Part shown: in pieces, positions 9,340-20,230 of the stretch
Numbering within the stretch: the stretch's first letter is position 1
How the letters are laid out: each line of letters starts with the position of its first letter
Source: Candidatus Heimdallarchaeum endolithica
GTDB taxonomy: Archaea > Asgardarchaeota > Heimdallarchaeia > Heimdallarchaeales > Heimdallarchaeaceae
Direction of reading: 5' to 3'
NCBI GenBank assembly: GCA_021513715.1
Contig: CP084167.1
Span: 128,001 to 192,000 of the forward strand
Length of the DNA stretch: 64,000 nucleotides
Made by a program: the position numbers and the translations under genes
The notes under the pieces: model-generated
What the model was told of the DNA's origin: nothing
The model's input: only the letters and a program-made list of their open reading frames with translations
Databases searched by the model: none

Positions 9340-10737
9340 CTATTTTTTTCTAAAGTCTATTTCTTTAATTATTGAAGTGTAAGCTTCTTTTCTAAATATA
9401 TACAGAAACAGCTCTTCGTCAATTAACAACAATACTGTCAGAAACACTAAGAAAACATAGAATTGATGTAACCACTTAATTTTAATTACTATCCACAGAT
9501 TTAGGAAGAAAATCCAAGTACTAAAAGAACTTAGATAAATGATTTTCAACCAATCTCTATTTATTGATAATGCTTTTCCTCCTAAAGCTAAAATTACAAA
9601 AGGAATAAAAAATGAGTCATAATACTTGTAACATCCTCTGGACAGGAAAATGTGCATTCCTAAAGCAAAAAGAGCTTGAGATGTTAATAAATTACTTTTA
9701 TTTTCGTTAAGTTTTTTTCCTGTTAAAATTATCCAGAAATAGCTTAAAATATTGAACAACATAAAAGGAATATATTTCTGATTTAGTTTAAAATAAAACA
9801 AAGCAGCTTTATCCCATCCCCAGTAAAGAAATGCATGGAAAGGAGTTGTTGACCACAGAATCCATCTATATTCTATAGAAAAAGAAGTGAGTTCTGGAGT
9901 ACCTTGAAGAAACATTCTTACTAAGAAGCTTTCAGGGAAAAGAACTATCCAAGGAAGAGACAGGATTGCTCCAATTAAAAAAGTAAACATACCATACTTT
10001 ATTGCCTTTTTCTTGTTTATTCTAAAAATGTACAAAAACCACAGTGGAAGAAGAAAAAGAGAAAGTTGTTTTGTCATAATCGAAATAGCTAACCAAAATG
10101 CAGAGAGATCAAACTTTTCCTTTATCAAAAATAAGAAAGCAAGTAATGCATAAAAAGTATACATGTAAGAATTTAGATAAAGAAAATTATTATAAAATAA
10201 AACTACTGGCATAAAAATGAAAATAATAGAATTAGAAATAGCTACTATTTCAATTTTCATTTTACTAATTATTCTATCTTCTAATTTCTCTTTTGATATT
10301 GTTCTAATAATATAGTAAATAACGACAGTTGACAAAGAATCAAACAACTGAGGAGCAAAAACTACTGTTTTCCAAGCTATTTCTAGTTTTGTTGAGTTGG
10401 GAAAAAATATACCTACAAAGTAAGATAGGATAGTCAAAAAGTATATAAACAATGGTCCATAAACATATCCTGAGAGCGGGTATGGACTAGAAGGATTATA
10501 TAATAACCAATTCTCATGCTTAAAAGCATAAAGGTAGTATTGATAATAAGTTTCAGCATCCAAATATGTTTCCCAGTAATATCCTTCTTCAGAAATATAG
10601 TGTGTCACGTCATAATTTGCATAAAACCATTTTCTGAGGAGTAGACGAATAGTAATTGAAATGATGAATAGTACTAAAGGAATAATCATTTTCAATAAAT
10701 TTTCTTTAATAGAAATTTTTCTAATATTCAAGATCAT
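9340..10737 (-). CDS. Polytopic GT-C-fold glycosyltransferase (GT87/PIG-M-like)
   Basis: YVYGPLF, LFDSL, AISIMTKQLSLFLLP motifs; many TM helices. Confidence 0.7.
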   Translation of the reverse strand: MILNIRKISIKENLLKMIIPLVLFIISITIRLLLRKWFYANYDVTHYISEEGYYWETYLDAETYYQYYLYAFKHENWLLYNPSSPYPLSGYVYGPLFIYFLTILSYFVGIFFPNSTKLEIAWKTVVFAPQLFDSLSTVVIYYIIRTISKEKLEDRIISKMKIEIVAISNSIIFIFMPVVLFYNNFLYLNSYMYTFYALLAFLFLIKEKFDLSAFWLAISIMTKQLSLFLLPLWFLYIFRINKKKAIKYGMFTFLIGAILSLPWIVLFPESFLVRMFLQGTPELTSFSIEYRWILWSTTPFHAFLYWGWDKAALFYFKLNQKYIPFMLFNILSYFWIILTGKKLNENKSNLLTSQALFALGMHIFLSRGCYKYYDSFFIPFVILALGGKALSINRDWLKIIYLSSFSTWIFFLNLWIVIKIKWLHQFYVFLVFLTVLLLIDEELFLYIFRKEAYTSIIKEIDFRKK

Positions 10738-10809
10738 CTACTCTTCGTAGGTATTTGTCTTTTGCTTATTTAGAAATAACTTCTATTTAAAATATTGTAA
10801 AAGCTAATA

Positions 10810-11100
10810 GGTAGTGTCTAGTTTTCATATCCTCCTAAGTAAAAAGGAGCTAAGGGGAGGATGTTCTAAGCTCTGATGAGAACGAACGAAAGTATAATGG
10901 ATCATAAAGAGAGTAAGGAAACCAGAAAGATGAGTAGAACCATAGACGGCACTGATAGGACAAGTACAGTGCAGAATATAATGAAACCAACGATAACCTT
11001 AAGGGTGGCATTAAAACTTTCAATATAGGCACGTAAACCACTTTTGATAGTGGAGAATTTGATACCTGGACGAAGTAAGACAGGATACCATTCTTCCATG
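10810..11100 (-). mobile_element. IS6-family relic: right end plus 3' fragment of the transposase
   Basis: IR GGTAGTGTCTAGTTTT at 10810; WYPVLLR..IESFNATLK..HQSLEHPPLSSFLLRRI*; closely similar to 13980-14210. Confidence 0.85.
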
Positions 11101-11283
11101 AATCTTTTTACGAATAAAACGGATAGAGGAGTTCTGTGGTTCACGATCTTTATTTTTTGCTTTTTTTCTTAATTTCGAGTGTACTCCTTTGGGGTAACCA
11201 ATAACAACGACTAAATTATAATCCTGTGTAAGTTCAACAATATCTTTCCACAACTCGTTAATAAAAGCATATAAAAAAGCATG
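11097..11283 (-). pseudogene. tnpB: Internal fragment of a second tnpB, bounded by CATG at both ends
   Basis: HAFLYAFINELWKDIVELTQDYNLVVVIGYPKG..RFIRKKIH aligns with RSYIHQFINDVVRTIVTYAQMYDLFVVVGYPKN..YFRRKLH of the 5.6-7.1 kb TnpB. Confidence 0.8.
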
Positions 11284-11362
11284 GAAAAATTATTTATTGC
11301 CTTATACTTGACGACTTGATGTCAAATGATTGTTAATGAACATGTTGTAATGAATTTTTTTC

Positions 11363-12161
11363 TTGAACAGATGTTTCAAAATAAATACCTTTTTAGTTGA
11401 TCGTCTAGAGCAAAAAGAAAAAATCCGTAAAGAAATAATTTATTTGACCAGGTGTGATAATCTTCACGATAAAATACTAGCTGCAAAAAGTCTATGTAAA
11501 CTGCTTTTTGAAAACGTAATGAGTTTTATTGATGAAAATAAGAGAGGTTATGATGATCTTTTCTCTTACTTTGATGCTTTTGTCAATTTTGAGGAGTTCA
11601 TTTTTGCTTGTTAAATTATTAAGCACCTTTGCAAACACATATATTCGCTACTCAGACCGTGTTGATATTCCTATAATAACTATGAATTTGCCTTCTATTT
11701 TTGCAAAGTTAGAGATATTAAAAACAGTAGCCAATCACACTAGTAGTTATCGTATTCAAAACTTTAACGACTTTTCATCCTTACTTATACTAATCGATGA
11801 AATAGAAGAATTTTCAAGAATATCTCGTGCTAATCAATTTAGGCAATATGTAAACGAATTTTGTAGTTCATCAATTTTTTTCTCTGATAACTGTCTTACA
11901 ATCAATTTTATTTTTGATAATCCAAATATTCCAGATCTGAATCCAGAACTTGCATTTAAAGGTAAAGCGAATCGTTTTCTTGATCTGTTTGATATTTCAG
12001 AATTTCAAGAAGATTTATCTATCAATTTCATTGTAACTGATAAAATAAACACTCTAGGAAGAAATTATGAATTGATAATTGCTAAAAACAATTTTGAGAT
12101 TCTAATTGATAATGAAAAAAAAGAACCTTCAACATACCTAAAAACCTATGAAATAGTTTAA
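11363..12161 (+). pseudogene. Probable HD-domain protein pseudogene with internal deletion and frameshift
   Basis: Two overlapping ORFs; LLILIDEIEEFSR resembles the distal Asp motif of HD proteins; the HD core is absent. Confidence 0.4.
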
Positions 12162-12186
12162 TAAAAAAACTCAAACACAGAAGTTA

Positions 12187-13296
12187 TTATATAAGAGGAA
12201 TAAATTTTGCTAAATTCAAAGTTGTTCTGATAACAATAACACTTATCTTCTTTATTTTCTTACCTTTACTGTTAACTTTTATGCTCAACTCTTTATCTCC
12301 TATAAATAATCCATCAGCTGTTTTTAGTTCTAAAATCATATAGTGCTTATCACTATTAGGGTGCCCTAACTTAAACTCTTTTTTAAAAATTTGTCCGTTA
12401 GGAGGAATAGAATAAATTGTGTTTTCATCTCTTTGAATACCAATATCAGTTTTTATGTTAATTATTATTGGAAGTGTATCATCACTTAAGTTCTTTAATG
12501 AAATTGTTGCTGATATTCCTTCTTTTTTAGAATATTTAGTTTCAATATCTCCAATTTGAAGGATTTTTTCTATTCTTTCTTTTTCCATAACCTTTTCTTG
12601 ATATTTTTTGAAGTATTCGTAAGATCTGCTTATTTCTTCACTGTAATCTTTTAGCGGTATTGGTAACTCTTCTAATTTAAGGTAGTTGCACTTCCATAAA
12701 ATTTTTCCTTTAAAATCATCTAGTTTTAGATCTTCTAGTTTTTTACATTTTCTTAAATCGCTTAAATCAATAGACAAAAATTTATTTCTGCTTAAAATTA
12801 GATTTTTTAAGGTTAGAGTAGCTAAAGGCTTTAGGTTAATTTCCTTCAATAGATTATCAGAAATATTGAAAGAGGATAAATTTTGGAAAACATCATCTAT
12901 TTTTAATTCAACAATTTTATTTGATTCAATGTTAATTTTTGACAGATTTTTCAGTTCTGTTAGTAAACTTAAATCAATTTTCTTAATCTTGTTGTAGGAA
13001 AGATCTATCTCTTCTAAATTTTTTAAATATTGTATTCCTACAAAATTGACCTCACTCATTTTATTATAAGATAAATCTAGTACTTTTAGGTTAGTACAAC
13101 CACTTAGTTCTCTAAATTTGATTTGTGACAAATTATTATGAGATAAATCGATCTGTTCTAACTCAGTGAATTCTGCCATTTGTGTAAATTTTATTGATGT
13201 GATATCTTTATTTGATAAGTTGATTATCTTTTGTTGCCTATTATACTCTGCTGTTTTTGTTTCTTCATTACTGTTTTTCCATTTCAGAGTTACCAT
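12187..13296 (-). CDS. Leucine-rich repeat protein
   Basis: Repeated LxxLDLSxNxLxxI units of about 22-24 aa. Confidence 0.92.
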   Translation of the reverse strand: MVTLKWKNSNEETKTAEYNRQQKIINLSNKDITSIKFTQMAEFTELEQIDLSHNNLSQIKFRELSGCTNLKVLDLSYNKMSEVNFVGIQYLKNLEEIDLSYNKIKKIDLSLLTELKNLSKINIESNKIVELKIDDVFQNLSSFNISDNLLKEINLKPLATLTLKNLILSRNKFLSIDLSDLRKCKKLEDLKLDDFKGKILWKCNYLKLEELPIPLKDYSEEISRSYEYFKKYQEKVMEKERIEKILQIGDIETKYSKKEGISATISLKNLSDDTLPIIINIKTDIGIQRDENTIYSIPPNGQIFKKEFKLGHPNSDKHYMILELKTADGLFIGDKELSIKVNSKGKKIKKISVIVIRTTLNLAKFIPLI

Positions 13297-13791
13297 TTCG
13301 TTTATTTCTCTTTTTATATCTTATATATTTTCTCGTTGAAATTATCAAAAAATGCAAATATTTGGCTTATTATAATTTTTATTTAGTAAAGTAATTATTT
13401 AGAATCTTCTTTTCATTAAAGGATTATAATATAATGTATCTTCTGCTAGATTTTTAATTATTTTTCCATCCTCATCTTTTAGTATTAATGTTGTAGGTTT
13501 TGGCACATTTTAGCTGTGTAATCTTATCAAAAAGCACATATTGTTCTTTCTTCAGTTCAATCTATTATGAATAACGAAGATATTTGACATCTGAAAGACT
13601 TTTTTATATTCTTTTCTCCTATATCTGATGAAGCTTTCCTTTTGGTAGTTTAACAGATGTAACTATATTGTATTCTTCTTCAAGATTATCCTCTCTTATT
13701 GCTTCAATAGCTTTTTCTCAATAAAGATAAAAATTAACCAAATTTATTGATTATATTTCCACCCTGTTAGATTTATAAATAATTTTTTTCA

Positions 13792-14575
13792 GTAGTGTCT
13801 AGTTTTCTTCCGACAAAAATATTTGTGGGGAATCTACTAGTAAGACTCTACTAGTAAGAGATAAATATTCAAAAACTATCTGCTCTTTTTAAGAGATCCA
13901 GTGTTCCCAAAAAGATAACAATAAAAGCTATTTTGGAATATATTGATTCAAAGAATGGTTTGAGGACAGTAGCATATCCCAAGCTCTGATGAGAACGAAC
14001 GAAATTATAATGGAGCTTAAAGAGCGTAAGGAAACCAGAAAGATGAGTAGAACCATATACCGCACTGATAGGATAAGTACAGCGCAGAATATAATGAAAC
14101 CAACGATAACTCTTAAGGGTAGCATTAAAACGTTCAATATTGGAGCTTAAACCACTTTTGACAACTAAGATTTTTTTACCTAGACGAAGTAAGACAGGAT
14201 ACCATACCCCTGCATCTGTAACGACAATACGAGGCTTAGAATCCCATACCAGCACTTGAACCAATAACGGAAACTTAGTAAACATTCAAGATTACTTTGT
14301 CCTTTAGTAATACTAAAACCCAGTAAAGTCTTGTTGTAAGGATGAATCTAACGCTAACCACAAATACATTGAGCCCTGAGAGGTTTTAATCTCTGTTTCA
14401 TCTACTACTATAATTTCTGGTATTCTCTCTCTCTCTGTTACAACTCTATGTAAACTTTTCCTAAAGAGCCTGAACTTCTTTACCCAATACCATAATGTTT
14501 GGTTCGTTAAACCATTCTTCCATCATCCACTTAGCTCCTTTTTACCTAGGAGGTGGTATCAAAACTAGACACTAC
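13792..14575. mobile_element. IS6-family element with an internally inverted, frameshifted transposase
   Basis: Perfect 15-bp IRs GTAGTGTCTAGTTTT (13792-13806) / AAAACTAGACACTAC (14561-14575). DDE motifs VVDET, TDAGVWY, NIERFNATLK on the minus strand; N-terminus FKRSSVPKK..GLRTVA on the plus strand. Confidence 0.9.
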
Positions 14576-14621
14576 AAAGATAATATACAGAAATTCTTAT
14601 TAGCTAACTTTTCAGTTTTCA

Positions 14622-15437
14622 ATGATGAATAGCAACAAAGAATTTATGGAAACAAATAAAAAGCGATGGAATGAACTTGTTGAGATACATTCAAAATCAA
14701 AAAGCTATGATTTGGAGGGTTTTCTAAAAGGAAAAAACTCTTTACACTCTGTTGAGCATGAATTACTGGGGGACATTAAAGGAAAAAAGATTCTTCATTT
14801 ACAATGTCATTTTGGAATGGACACTCTTTCTTTAGCTAGAATGGGAGCAGAAGTGACAGGAGTGGATTTTTCTGAAAAAGCTATTGATTTTGCTAAAAAG
14901 TTAAGCGAACAAATAAATGTTCGTGCTAAATTTGTGTGTGCGAATATTTATGATCCTGACAAACTTCTAAATGAAAAGTTTGATTTTGTTTTCACTACTT
15001 ATGGAGTTCTACCTTGGTTACCAGACATAAAAAAATGGGCTGAAGTAATTTCCAAATTCCTAAGAAAAGGTGGACAATTCCTAATTGTAGAATCACATCC
15101 TCTGTCTCATGTCTTTGATGATGAAAATGAAAAAGAACTAAAAATTAGATATAGTTACTTTTCAAAAGAAGCTATGGAATTTGATTCTGAATATACTTAT
15201 ACTGATTCTGATAAAAAAATAGAACATTTAAAAACATATGAATGGATGCACACAATTAGTGAAATCCTTAACTCTTTAATAGCTGAAGGGTTAAAAATTA
15301 AACTTTTTAATGAATATCCATTTAGTGAATTTAAACAATTTCCTTTTTTAGAACAGTATGAAGATGGATATTGGCACTTCAAAGATAAAAAAATTGATTT
15401 TCCTCTTTTATTTGCCTTAAAAGCAGTTAAAGAGTAA
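14622..15437 (+). CDS. Class I SAM-dependent methyltransferase
   Basis: LHLQCHFGMDTLSLAR, GVDFS, FDFVFTTYG, LRKGG. Confidence 0.92.
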   Translation: MMNSNKEFMETNKKRWNELVEIHSKSKSYDLEGFLKGKNSLHSVEHELLGDIKGKKILHLQCHFGMDTLSLARMGAEVTGVDFSEKAIDFAKKLSEQINVRAKFVCANIYDPDKLLNEKFDFVFTTYGVLPWLPDIKKWAEVISKFLRKGGQFLIVESHPLSHVFDDENEKELKIRYSYFSKEAMEFDSEYTYTDSDKKIEHLKTYEWMHTISEILNSLIAEGLKIKLFNEYPFSEFKQFPFLEQYEDGYWHFKDKKIDFPLLFALKAVKE

Positions 15438-15510
15438 TCTTTTTCTCATTTTTTTAAAAGAAAAAAAGAATTAGGATCTGGAAAGTTCTTTATAATTTAA
15501 CCATTCCACA

Positions 15511-16175
15511 TTATTTTAGCATCTCTTTGAAGTTTAGTCTTGATATGAAAGGAGTAGCAACAAGAACAACTAAAGAAGCATAAATCATCAAGTTTCTTAC
15601 CGTTTTTTCTGCTCCTCCATTCTTGATCAAGAAAAATTGAATAATTGCATTAATAATCATACTCCATCCAATAATTTGAAGAGCTTCTACCATGAAGAAT
15701 CTGCGCCAGATAAAAGAGTAGGATTGTGGTTCTGTCCAAGTGTCTATTGAAAAAAGAGATTTTCCTGACCTAAAAACTCTTCCGAAATATCCATAATATC
15801 CAAAAGCTTCTGTCAATCTTCCAGCAATAAGAACGCCTATACCTGTAAGAACTTGCTTTGCTAAAACTTTTTCAGCATTACCACTTTTTCTAACTTTTTT
15901 TACAGAAGCTAAAGAATTAACTATTGAGGAAACTAAGAGGAAATATCCAGCCCAACCTCCAAAAAATCCGCAGAAAATAGCCCAAATTCCAAAAAGAAAG
16001 TTTGCTTCTTGAAATATTGTTCCAAATCTATCCAACTAAAGTCATAAATATGATTCCAGACATGTAAAAAAACCATCATCCAAATTGCAAGTCCTCTTTG
16101 AAAATCAAGAGAAGCTATTCTTCTAATTTTACTTTTTCCTTTATTTTCTATTCCTTCATTTTCTCTCATATTCAA
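15511..16175 (-). pseudogene. DUF1624/HGSNAT-like membrane acyltransferase, frameshifted and truncated
   Basis: RIASLDFQRGLAIWMMVFLH, FLLVS and EALQIIG; frameshift near 16025; abrupt end. Confidence 0.7.
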
Positions 16176-16305
16176 AAAAATTTGCCTTTAAGAGTTATAG
16201 CTTAAAAAAAATTGACTATTATAAAAATATTTACGAGATTTGTCTAAAAATAAAGTGAATCATTTCCTAAACACTATTATGATTATTTAGTGCAAATTTC
16301 TTTTT

Positions 16306-17196
16306 TCACTTTTTCCTTAATTTGTTTAATTCCTCAAAAACTATCTCAGCGAAGACTTCATTGTGTGTATCAGCTTTTTCTTCAACTTTTATGAACTTGC
16401 TCCCAGGAATAAGATTTATTAGTTTTTGTACTTCTTCTTCATCGTGTTCAGGATCTTCTTTTGCACCAATTATTATCACTGGGGAATTAATCTTTTTTAG
16501 AGCTTCTTTATCTACTTCATATGGAGCTGCAAATGTTTTAGTTTTTCTCATCCATCTTTGTTGAGAAGGTTGTAGCAATCTTGCTAATGTATGCTTTCTT
16601 CTTCTTGCAGAATCTCTATCTTTTCTAAATTTCAAACCATAAAAGAAGAAAATCAGTGGTTTAATAAGAAGTACAATAAAATAGGGTATTCTTCCTATTA
16701 TATGCATATTTTTTCTTCTGTCAGCTGCTGTATATTTCATTTGAGGAGAAGCATGAAAAGATATCAGAGGATTAATGTTATGTTTTCCCATTGCTTCAAG
16801 CATTGCCACAGAAGCAATAGAAGAGCCTATGAAAACTGTATTTTCCATGTCATGTCCTATTATTTTACATTCTTCTAGAGCTAAAACAAAATCTTCAGCT
16901 AAAGTTTCTGTGTTATATATTACTTCATCTTTAGGAAAGCGTGAAAACTCTTTTTCTCTTGTTTCTATAAAATATATATCATGCTTTTCCCTGAGTTTTT
17001 CTATAGCTTTTTCCCAGATATATACATAAGAAATAAAACCAGAATAGAACACTAAGTTTAATGTATCTTTATCTTTCTTTTTTGCTTTAAAATAAAGAAT
17101 TCTTAACTTTGCTCCATTTTCTAGTTCTAAAGTCATTTTTTCTGCTTCTTCTTCAAGCCAGTACTCGCTTTTTGGCCGTCTTACCATATTATTCAA
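16306..17196 (-). CDS. Alpha/beta hydrolase
   Basis: GSSIA nucleophile elbow, GAKED acid and distal His. Confidence 0.75.
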   Translation of the reverse strand: MNNMVRRPKSEYWLEEEAEKMTLELENGAKLRILYFKAKKKDKDTLNLVFYSGFISYVYIWEKAIEKLREKHDIYFIETREKEFSRFPKDEVIYNTETLAEDFVLALEECKIIGHDMENTVFIGSSIASVAMLEAMGKHNINPLISFHASPQMKYTAADRRKNMHIIGRIPYFIVLLIKPLIFFFYGLKFRKDRDSARRRKHTLARLLQPSQQRWMRKTKTFAAPYEVDKEALKKINSPVIIIGAKEDPEHDEEEVQKLINLIPGSKFIKVEEKADTHNEVFAEIVFEELNKLRKK

Positions 17197-17421
17197 ATTT
17201 GAGAAAACGCATAATATTAATTAGTTTTTCTTTTTTCCAAAATTAGTTTAACAAATTTTTGTTTGAAACTTACACTTATATACGATTATTCAGTAATTTT
17301 TTTTTGTGAAAGTGACTAATTGTTTTCTTTATTCTCCTTTACTTTATTATTCAATTTTCAAACAACATTCCCTTTTCAAGTTAGTCACTCAATTAAATTA
17401 ATAACACTAAAGATGTGTAAA

Positions 17422-17962
17422 ATGAAAATAAAAGAATTTAATGCAGTTATTGTTGGGGGAGGAATAAGTGGATTGCGAGCAGCTTTAGAGCTTTCTTCTC
17501 AATGGAATGTTGCTCTTATTAGCAAAGTTTTTCCTGTTCGTAGCCACTCTGATGCAGCGCAAGGAGGAATTAATGCTGCTTTGAAGAATACTCTGGAAGG
17601 AAAAGATGATACTCCTGAGAGACATGCTTACGATACAGTTAAAGGTTCAGATTATCTTGCAGATTAAGATGCTGTCTTATTTATGTGTGAAGAAGCTCCT
17701 ATGATAGTTTTAGAATTCGAAAGTATGGGAGCACCTTGTTCTAGATTGGATTCTGGATTAATAGCTCAAAGACCTTTAGGCGGAGCAGGTTTTCCTCGTA
17801 CTTGTTATACTGGAGATAGAACAGGTAATGATCCTATCCCAGTTCAACCAAGTCAGCATTATAGTATGGGAGGAATAGCTTCTAAACAAGATGCTGACTT
17901 TTGTGAAACACCTTTACTTGGTTTGTGGGCTGTAGGAGAAACTTCTTGTATTTCTGTACATG
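17422..17962 (+). pseudogene. sdhA: Succinate dehydrogenase/fumarate reductase flavoprotein remnant
   Basis: [59 protein letters not shown]. In-frame stop at 17665, large deletion at ~17828, truncation at 17962. Confidence 0.9.
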
Positions 17963-18215
17963 AGAAGTATTCAAAGATAACTTTCAAAGCTCTAGAAAAG
18001 GAAAAACTATTGAAAAGTAATAAGAGAAATGTATCCAGAAACAGAAGCAGAAAGACTAATTCGAATATTAAAAAAAGATTAGTATGGACAAAACTAGTTA
18101 GTACCTTATACTATTTTTGTGTATTAAAAAAGTTTGAACAATGTTTGAATAGAAACGGTATCGTTTTATATATAAACGAGAATTTAGTTACAAAAACTTA
18201 CTAGGGATTCTTTGA

Positions 18216-18623
18216 ATGATACTAATTGATGATTTAGAAAGACTAGAAATGGAAAAAATCTTTAAAGAAAAACAAGTTCTCTTAGCTTTAGTATTTGGTT
18301 CAGTGGCTAGAGGAGACAATAGTACTATAAGTGACATTGATATAGGTTTATTTTTTTCTCCTAATACAACCAAAAAAGAACGTTTTGACAATATTCTAAT
18401 TATCTCTAGTAAAATACAACGAATATTGAAGAAAAATGAAATAGATATAGTCGCAATAAACGATGCACCATCTAGACTAAAGTTTAAGATAATGACAGAG
18501 GGTAAAATTATTTATTGTGAGGATATGGAATTGTTTTACAACTTGAAAGAAAAAGCAATGCTTGAGTATTTCGATTTTCAATATGTAGAACAGCAAATAA
18601 TAAAAGATTATCTGGCAGAGTGA
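18216..18623 (+). CDS. mntA: MNT (MntA-like) antitoxin, minimal nucleotidyltransferase
   Basis: FGSVARG....SDIDIG motif; overlaps the HEPN gene (GTGA). Confidence 0.88.
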   Translation: MILIDDLERLEMEKIFKEKQVLLALVFGSVARGDNSTISDIDIGLFFSPNTTKKERFDNILIISSKIQRILKKNEIDIVAINDAPSRLKFKIMTEGKIIYCEDMELFYNLKEKAMLEYFDFQYVEQQIIKDYLAE

Positions 18624-19063
18624 AGAAGTTGAACGTTGATATAGAGGAAACTATCGACAAGTTAAAATTTATTGAACAATTAAGAAATGAACTATTTGAG
18701 GAATTACAACAAGAAAAAATTTCTAATTCATTAAGAAGTCAGCTAATTATTGAACGTGCTGTCCAACTCATTATCCAAACAATATTAGATATTGGAGCAC
18801 ATATTATCTCAAGAACAACAGACATTAGTCCAAAGTCTTATTCAGATATAATTCCTTTACTTGTAGAAAAAAAAATTATGTCTATTAAACTTGGGAATCA
18901 GCTCGAGAAAATAAGTGGGCTTCGTAATATTCTTGTTCACGACTATACTAAAATAGATGCGGAATTACTGAAAGATCATGCTTATTCAATTTTAACCGAT
19001 AGTAAACTGTTTATTGAAGAGATAAAACAGTTTATTAGAGAAAAGGAACAAACTAAAACATAA
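18620..19063 (+). CDS. hepT: HEPN (HepT-like, DUF86) RNase toxin
   Basis: ERAVQ..DIGAHII; RNILVHDY (RX4HXY). Confidence 0.88.
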   Translation: MKKLNVDIEETIDKLKFIEQLRNELFEELQQEKISNSLRSQLIIERAVQLIIQTILDIGAHIISRTTDISPKSYSDIIPLLVEKKIMSIKLGNQLEKISGLRNILVHDYTKIDAELLKDHAYSILTDSKLFIEEIKQFIREKEQTKT

Positions 19064-19114
19064 TTCATTTTTTTGTTTGAAAATAATTAAATACAAGATA
19101 GAAAACCATTACTT

Positions 19115-19753
19115 ATGTTCTACAATAAACAAGAGGCCTTTAACGCTATTAGTCATGCATTAGGAGCTGTTTTAGCTATAATCGGCTCAGTTTTTCTTCT
19201 TATATATAGTTTTAATGATTTAAGAGTATTCTTTATTGCTCTTCTTTATTCTATTTGTATGTTAGCTATGTTTAGTGCTAGTGCCATATATCACTCCCAA
19301 AAGGGTGATAATTACGAGAAATTGTTGGCAAGAAAAATAGATCATGCTGCTATTTACCTAATGATTGCAGGTTCTTATACCATTATTTCTTATCTTTTCC
19401 TTCCTATGTTATACTATATCCCATTAATTGTTATTGAATGGATTGTAGCTATAGTAGGCATTTATCTCAAGTTGTCTAAAAAAATAAAGAAAAAAAGTAT
19501 ATGGGATACAACTATGTACATAATAATGGGTTGGTTAGCAGTCCTTGCTCTACCCTACCTGTTAAATAATCTAGGATTTGCTAGAAATATGCTTTTGTTT
19601 TTCGGAGGAATTGCTTACACTGTCGGTGCGATAATGAGCTATTACAAAAAACCTATTCTCATTCCTGGAGTAATTGAAGGACATGAATTTTTCCATATTT
19701 TCATTATAATAGGAGCAGCTTTGCATTATATCTTAATAGCTAGCGGAATTTAA
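19115..19753 (+). CDS. Hemolysin III/PAQR-family membrane protein
   Basis: NAISH, SAIYH, DHAAIYLMIAGSYT, YIIMGW, HEFFHIF. Confidence 0.93.
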   Translation: MFYNKQEAFNAISHALGAVLAIIGSVFLLIYSFNDLRVFFIALLYSICMLAMFSASAIYHSQKGDNYEKLLARKIDHAAIYLMIAGSYTIISYLFLPMLYYIPLIVIEWIVAIVGIYLKLSKKIKKKSIWDTTMYIIMGWLAVLALPYLLNNLGFARNMLLFFGGIAYTVGAIMSYYKKPILIPGVIEGHEFFHIFIIIGAALHYILIASGI

Positions 19754-20230
19754 TTTCTACTTTTTCTTCTTTAATACTCATCGCTAGGAAGTAAAGAAAT
19801 TAAATTTCAAAATATTACAACGTCCTACTTTAATTATTCAATCTTTTAATTTTCATTTTTCCACTTGAAGTGAAGGTCTTTCCACTCGAAACAAAGGGGG
19901 TAATAAATAAGAAAGAGGTTGTTACAAAAAGATATCTTATTAGATGAAAGATGGTAAATTGTAATAGAAAAAGTAAGTCTTAACATGTCGTTGAAAAGTT
20001 TTTTTTGTTATTTAATAAATCTTTTAGAAGTCTTGTAGCATTTATCAATGGATAATAGATCATCATTTTATATCCATTCTTTTCTTTATTGATTTTATTC
20101 ACAAAACAAAAAAAACAATTATAAAATAGTGTAATAATATTTTGAAAAAAAAACAAATTTGTATGTTTAAAAGCTTCTAAGTGCTGTTTTAATAAGTTAG
20201 TTTTTATACAAGTAACTCAAAAACTATTTT

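Noticed and set aside
13833-13859. 14-bp tandem duplication TCTACTAGTAAGA inside the IS6 left end
   Set aside because: Real, but most simply slippage in a dead element; removing it does not clearly restore a start.
15541-15547. Truncation of the DUF1624-like gene at CATATC as an AT-core junction
   Set aside because: It resembles the 13973 junction, but the breakpoint cannot be placed without a homolog.
19800-20080. Possible further transposase remnant (FQRHVKTYFFYYN on the minus strand, CATG at 19984)
   Set aside because: Too decayed; no IRs or DDE motif found.
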